This document shows positions 60,910 through 64,000 of a stretch of 64,000 nt of DNA, piece by piece. Origin of the DNA: Candidatus Bathyarchaeota archaeon. Its GTDB lineage: Archaea; Thermoproteota; Bathyarchaeia; Bathyarchaeales; Bathycorpusculaceae. The notes below the pieces were generated by a model. It saw only the letters and a list, made by a program, of their open reading frames with translations, was not told where the DNA came from and searched no databases. Position 1 is the first letter of the stretch. Every line of letters begins with the position of its first letter. Both the position numbers and the translations under genes were made by a program. The stretch covers positions 1,312,001-1,376,000 of the forward strand of contig OY970176.1 of NCBI GenBank assembly GCA_963707955.1, read 5' to 3'.

Positions 60910-62133
60910 TTATGAAGAAAACTCTTCCATTTGTCGATAAGCAAAATCTATCATTCTTTCTCCCTGGTCGAACCAGAAATCGCTGTTCCAATATACGTAG
61001 CAACTCGTCTCAGCCATGAGGAGCGCTCTCAGCGCCTCTTCGCTTCTTGAGGTTTTTGTTTGCTCGTCATGAAACCTCCGACTCAACTCTTCTATTTTCC
61101 TCTTCATCTCCAACCGTCTATCTCCACAACCCCACCGTGAATGGTCCCCCAGCCATGAGCCTCCGACACCCTGCAGCTCGATCTCGCTGTCTGGAGGATA
61201 TTCCCTCAGATATTGAGTAACCGTCATTGAGGAAACCTCTTCATCACTCTTCTCTCTGAAAAACGGAATGAACGTATCGGAGAAGAAATGGTTCAGCATG
61301 ACGTTCCCGTTCTCGCCATCGGACGCGGGAACAATAAGCGCAGGGCACTTTCTGCCGGTTTTTTCTGAAATACGAGCGGCCTCCATGCATTTGTTATACA
61401 CTCCATTTGCGTCACATCCTGCCTGTTGATCAATAAAATCGTACTTAGGCCTGAAGATCACCGTCATCTCTTCGCCGTCGGCTCTGAGAACATGTGGTTG
61501 GCAGAAAATCTCGACGTGCTTTTCGTACGTGATTGTCTTCGCCTTCACAGTCTCGATCGGCAGAATCAGCCATTCATATCCTTTGTTTTTCAACAGCCTC
61601 ATCAGTGCACTCAGTTTCTCAGCGGCTGGAACGCCCATTTCTGGTAGCCAGAACCCTTTGACCCTCATGGTCGATTCCGGACCGAAAAGCGAACAGAACG
61701 CCTTTCTCCAGAAATCAACCTGGCTTTCCCAGTCTTCTTCAGGAGTCACAGGAAAATAGCAGTGAGCGTACGCTGTTCCAGAGAACTCTATCGAGTCAGG
61801 AAACTCATTAAGAACCTGCTTCCATAGCCCGATTATGTCTCCTATCACATTACCGTCGACATCTTCTTGGGAATGCAGTTCACTCATTCTGTCGAGGTTC
61901 TCAAGAAGTATCCCAGAGTAGTCGACTGCAACTCGCGGATGTTTTCCTTCACGTTCAAGATTTCTGACCCACAAAGCAGGGTTTCTATAAGCCCGAGCCA
62001 TGAGTCGCCCGTCCCACCGATCTCTCGAGTCGTCAGAACTGAGCATCCTTTCCAAGTTGCCTATGATCCTATTACTGTCTGTGAACACCATCGGCTGATG
62101 CATGTGTAACCAGGGCAAATACACTGCTTTCAT
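60910..62133 (-). CDS. GH57 glycoside hydrolase
   Basis: HMHQP, GFWLPE, SDGENGN, AETSC. Confidence 0.85.
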   Translation of the reverse strand: MKAVYLPWLHMHQPMVFTDSNRIIGNLERMLSSDDSRDRWDGRLMARAYRNPALWVRNLEREGKHPRVAVDYSGILLENLDRMSELHSQEDVDGNVIGDIIGLWKQVLNEFPDSIEFSGTAYAHCYFPVTPEEDWESQVDFWRKAFCSLFGPESTMRVKGFWLPEMGVPAAEKLSALMRLLKNKGYEWLILPIETVKAKTITYEKHVEIFCQPHVLRADGEEMTVIFRPKYDFIDQQAGCDANGVYNKCMEAARISEKTGRKCPALIVPASDGENGNVMLNHFFSDTFIPFFREKSDEEVSSMTVTQYLREYPPDSEIELQGVGGSWLGDHSRWGCGDRRLEMKRKIEELSRRFHDEQTKTSRSEEALRALLMAETSCYVYWNSDFWFDQGERMIDFAYRQMEEFSS

Positions 62134-62366
62134 ATCTAGGCGTAGACATCAAGAACCTAAAATAAAATGCTTCGGAAACAAATCCAGCAAACCCCATCAG
62201 AAACAGAAAAGAAGAAACGTGCGGGAGATGCCTCCACCCGAGAACAAGTCTAGCTTAGACGGGCCAGTTGGATGGATTTTGCCCCTTTAAATGCGCTTCC
62301 TGAACAGTTTGCTCACATCTATATCTGTCACGTAATAGGAGCTCGACTGCAACGTTTGAATGAGAA

Positions 62367-62424
62367 GCTGGGGATCCCTCCCCTCCTAGGTTTCAATATA
62401 CCATGGATATTTGGATCCAAATAT
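62367..62424 (-). repeat. 58-bp non-coding element (copy B) with perfect palindrome ATATTTGGATCCAAATAT and G-string
   Basis: Inverted copy of 31307-31364. Confidence 0.9.
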
Positions 62425-62837
62425 GCTCGCCTCCAACGCCTTTTGAGTTTGATCTGCTCGGCCAGAGACCGCTTTCTAATCGAGCGCGCGTCGGAGGTCT
62501 GGTGCTGCAACCTGTTGTGCCCTAGACTTACTATTATGATTTGTACAAGACCGCACCGAGCACAGATGGGAACGGACAACACGCGGGCATTGACGGCAAC
62601 CGGCTTGAATAGCAGATTCTCATCATTGTTTTCGGAATAGCAACGATTGTATTGAGCACTATGTCCTATGTCAGGCGGAGAAAGAGGGAATGCGCACGGG
62701 CCATAGAAGAATCTGGCCAAGAGCGCATTCAAGACTCTTTTCTCTTCAGGGATGCGCCTCAAACTTTGTGAAAGGCTGCTCAGAATACTACTGTACAGCA
62801 AGGTCTTGTTCAGGAATGCAGGGGCGAGATTCAGGTA

Positions 62838-63503
62838 TTATGGTAGGTCGGCGTTGTTGTCGTATCCATTGCTTTCCCAATAGCCTCGAAAGCTGGTGTC
62901 GTTGGATACTTCTATCTTGGTTAGCCACTTTATCCACTTGTACCCGTACTTGCCTTCAGCGGCTAGTTGAAACGGGAAGCCTTCCGTTGCCGGGAGGGTT
63001 ACGTTGTTTACTTTGTAAGCTATCATTATGTTGTCGTCCACTATGTAGGAAAGCGGCAGACTGGTCGTGTATCCGTCTTGAGCATAGAATATTACGACTT
63101 GGGCATTCTGTTCGTACCCGGCTTCCTCAAGGAGGTCCTTCACGCGTACACCCTGCCACAAAGCCGTGACTGCCCAGCCCGTCACGCAGACGAGCGTGAC
63201 AACTTTCTCGTAGCTTGTGTGATTGTTAATAATGTCGTCGTACGTGTAGACGGTTTGGTTTTGAACAAGCCCTGTGACAACAAGCTGGTAAGTGCTTACG
63301 TTTATGTATTGTATATCATTTATCGCTTCGAGTTGAAAATCATTTATCGACCCGAGTTCCTGCCCATCGTACACCCTGATTTCCCCCGGATAGGAGCCTG
63401 TTGGACCGCTGGTCAGGCTGGTCCACACCAAATTTCCCACGAATGCGGCAGCGACCACTATTATCGCGAGAATGGCCAACAGGAGGATTCTCCTTGCATT
63501 CAT
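62838..63503 (-). CDS. Sulfite oxidase-family molybdopterin oxidoreductase
   Basis: LVCVTGW, WQGV, GFPF, YGYKWIKW, GYWE..GY. Confidence 0.9.
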   Translation of the reverse strand: MNARRILLLAILAIIVVAAAFVGNLVWTSLTSGPTGSYPGEIRVYDGQELGSINDFQLEAINDIQYINVSTYQLVVTGLVQNQTVYTYDDIINNHTSYEKVVTLVCVTGWAVTALWQGVRVKDLLEEAGYEQNAQVVIFYAQDGYTTSLPLSYIVDDNIMIAYKVNNVTLPATEGFPFQLAAEGKYGYKWIKWLTKIEVSNDTSFRGYWESNGYDNNADLP

Positions 63504-63673
63504 CGTTTCTTCGCTTCAAGGATAATATGACTTACGTCATACCTATATGCATTTTGCCCGTGTACCTCGCACCAACGGAAACGACTGATCGAGCTCGGTC
63601 AAAAATGCTTTTAATGTGTGCAACGCATAGTCTGAGACAAACTGCCCAGCCCAAAGAAATCGCAAGTGAAAAC

Positions 63674-64000
63674 ATGAAGCTGAACCGCAGGCTACAAAGC
63701 AGTTACGGAAAACGCGTTCTTCTCGTTGTCATACTAGTCTTGGTAGTCACGAGCGCAGTTTCTTTTTCACCTGCGAGCGCACGGGCAGCGGCTACCGCCA
63801 TCAATCTTCCTCCCATGACCCTCACTCTCGTCGCCGCAAATGGCACCCAACTCGTCTTGACCTCTAACGATATCGGAAACCTCCCCTCCTACACGGCTTA
63901 CGGAGGGTATGAAACCCAAGTCGGATTCATCAGGGCTCTGGGAAACTATACGGGGGTCCCGTTGATAACCATCTGCAATCTAGTTGGAGGAATAGCTAAC
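63674..64000 (+). CDS. Secreted protein, molybdopterin-oxidoreductase-like domain (partial)
   Basis: Signal peptide and GNYTGVPL; open to the window end. Confidence 0.5.
   Translation, partial: MKLNRRLQSSYGKRVLLVVILVLVVTSAVSFSPASARAAATAINLPPMTLTLVAANGTQLVLTSNDIGNLPSYTAYGGYETQVGFIRALGNYTGVPLITICNLVGGIAN

Overview
This is an archaeal chromosomal segment, most consistent with Bathyarchaeia (TACK): it has Hel308, two deoxyhypusine synthases, DUF2095, a PEF-CTERM protein and a multi-intron tRNA. From left to right it holds an ECF S-component start, a deacetylase-GNAT gene with a flippase, an IscS-IscU-SufS operon, and a ~13.4 kb surface-glycan island bounded by a ~57 bp direct repeat (complete GDP-heptose pathway plus its own transaldolase). 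Next come housekeeping genes (hel308, purB, asnB-like, mdh, dhs x2, argS) and two tRNA-Arg genes. A ~7.2 kb element is integrated at the 5' end of tRNA-Arg(GCG); its degraded tyrosine integrase is split by the att site, and several of its unrelated cargo genes are each followed by a conserved 29-38 bp repeat, like cassettes. The window ends with a large alpha-glucan cluster (GH15, 3x GH57, GT4s) containing half-GT4/full-GT4 pairs, a GT4-wHTH fusion with a free wHTH paralog, and DUF5752-like sensor/regulator modules. Almost all apparent frameshifts fall on AG^CY/RGCY sites, which suggests modification-driven basecalling errors rather than pseudogenes. All calls come from reading the sequence; no searches were run.
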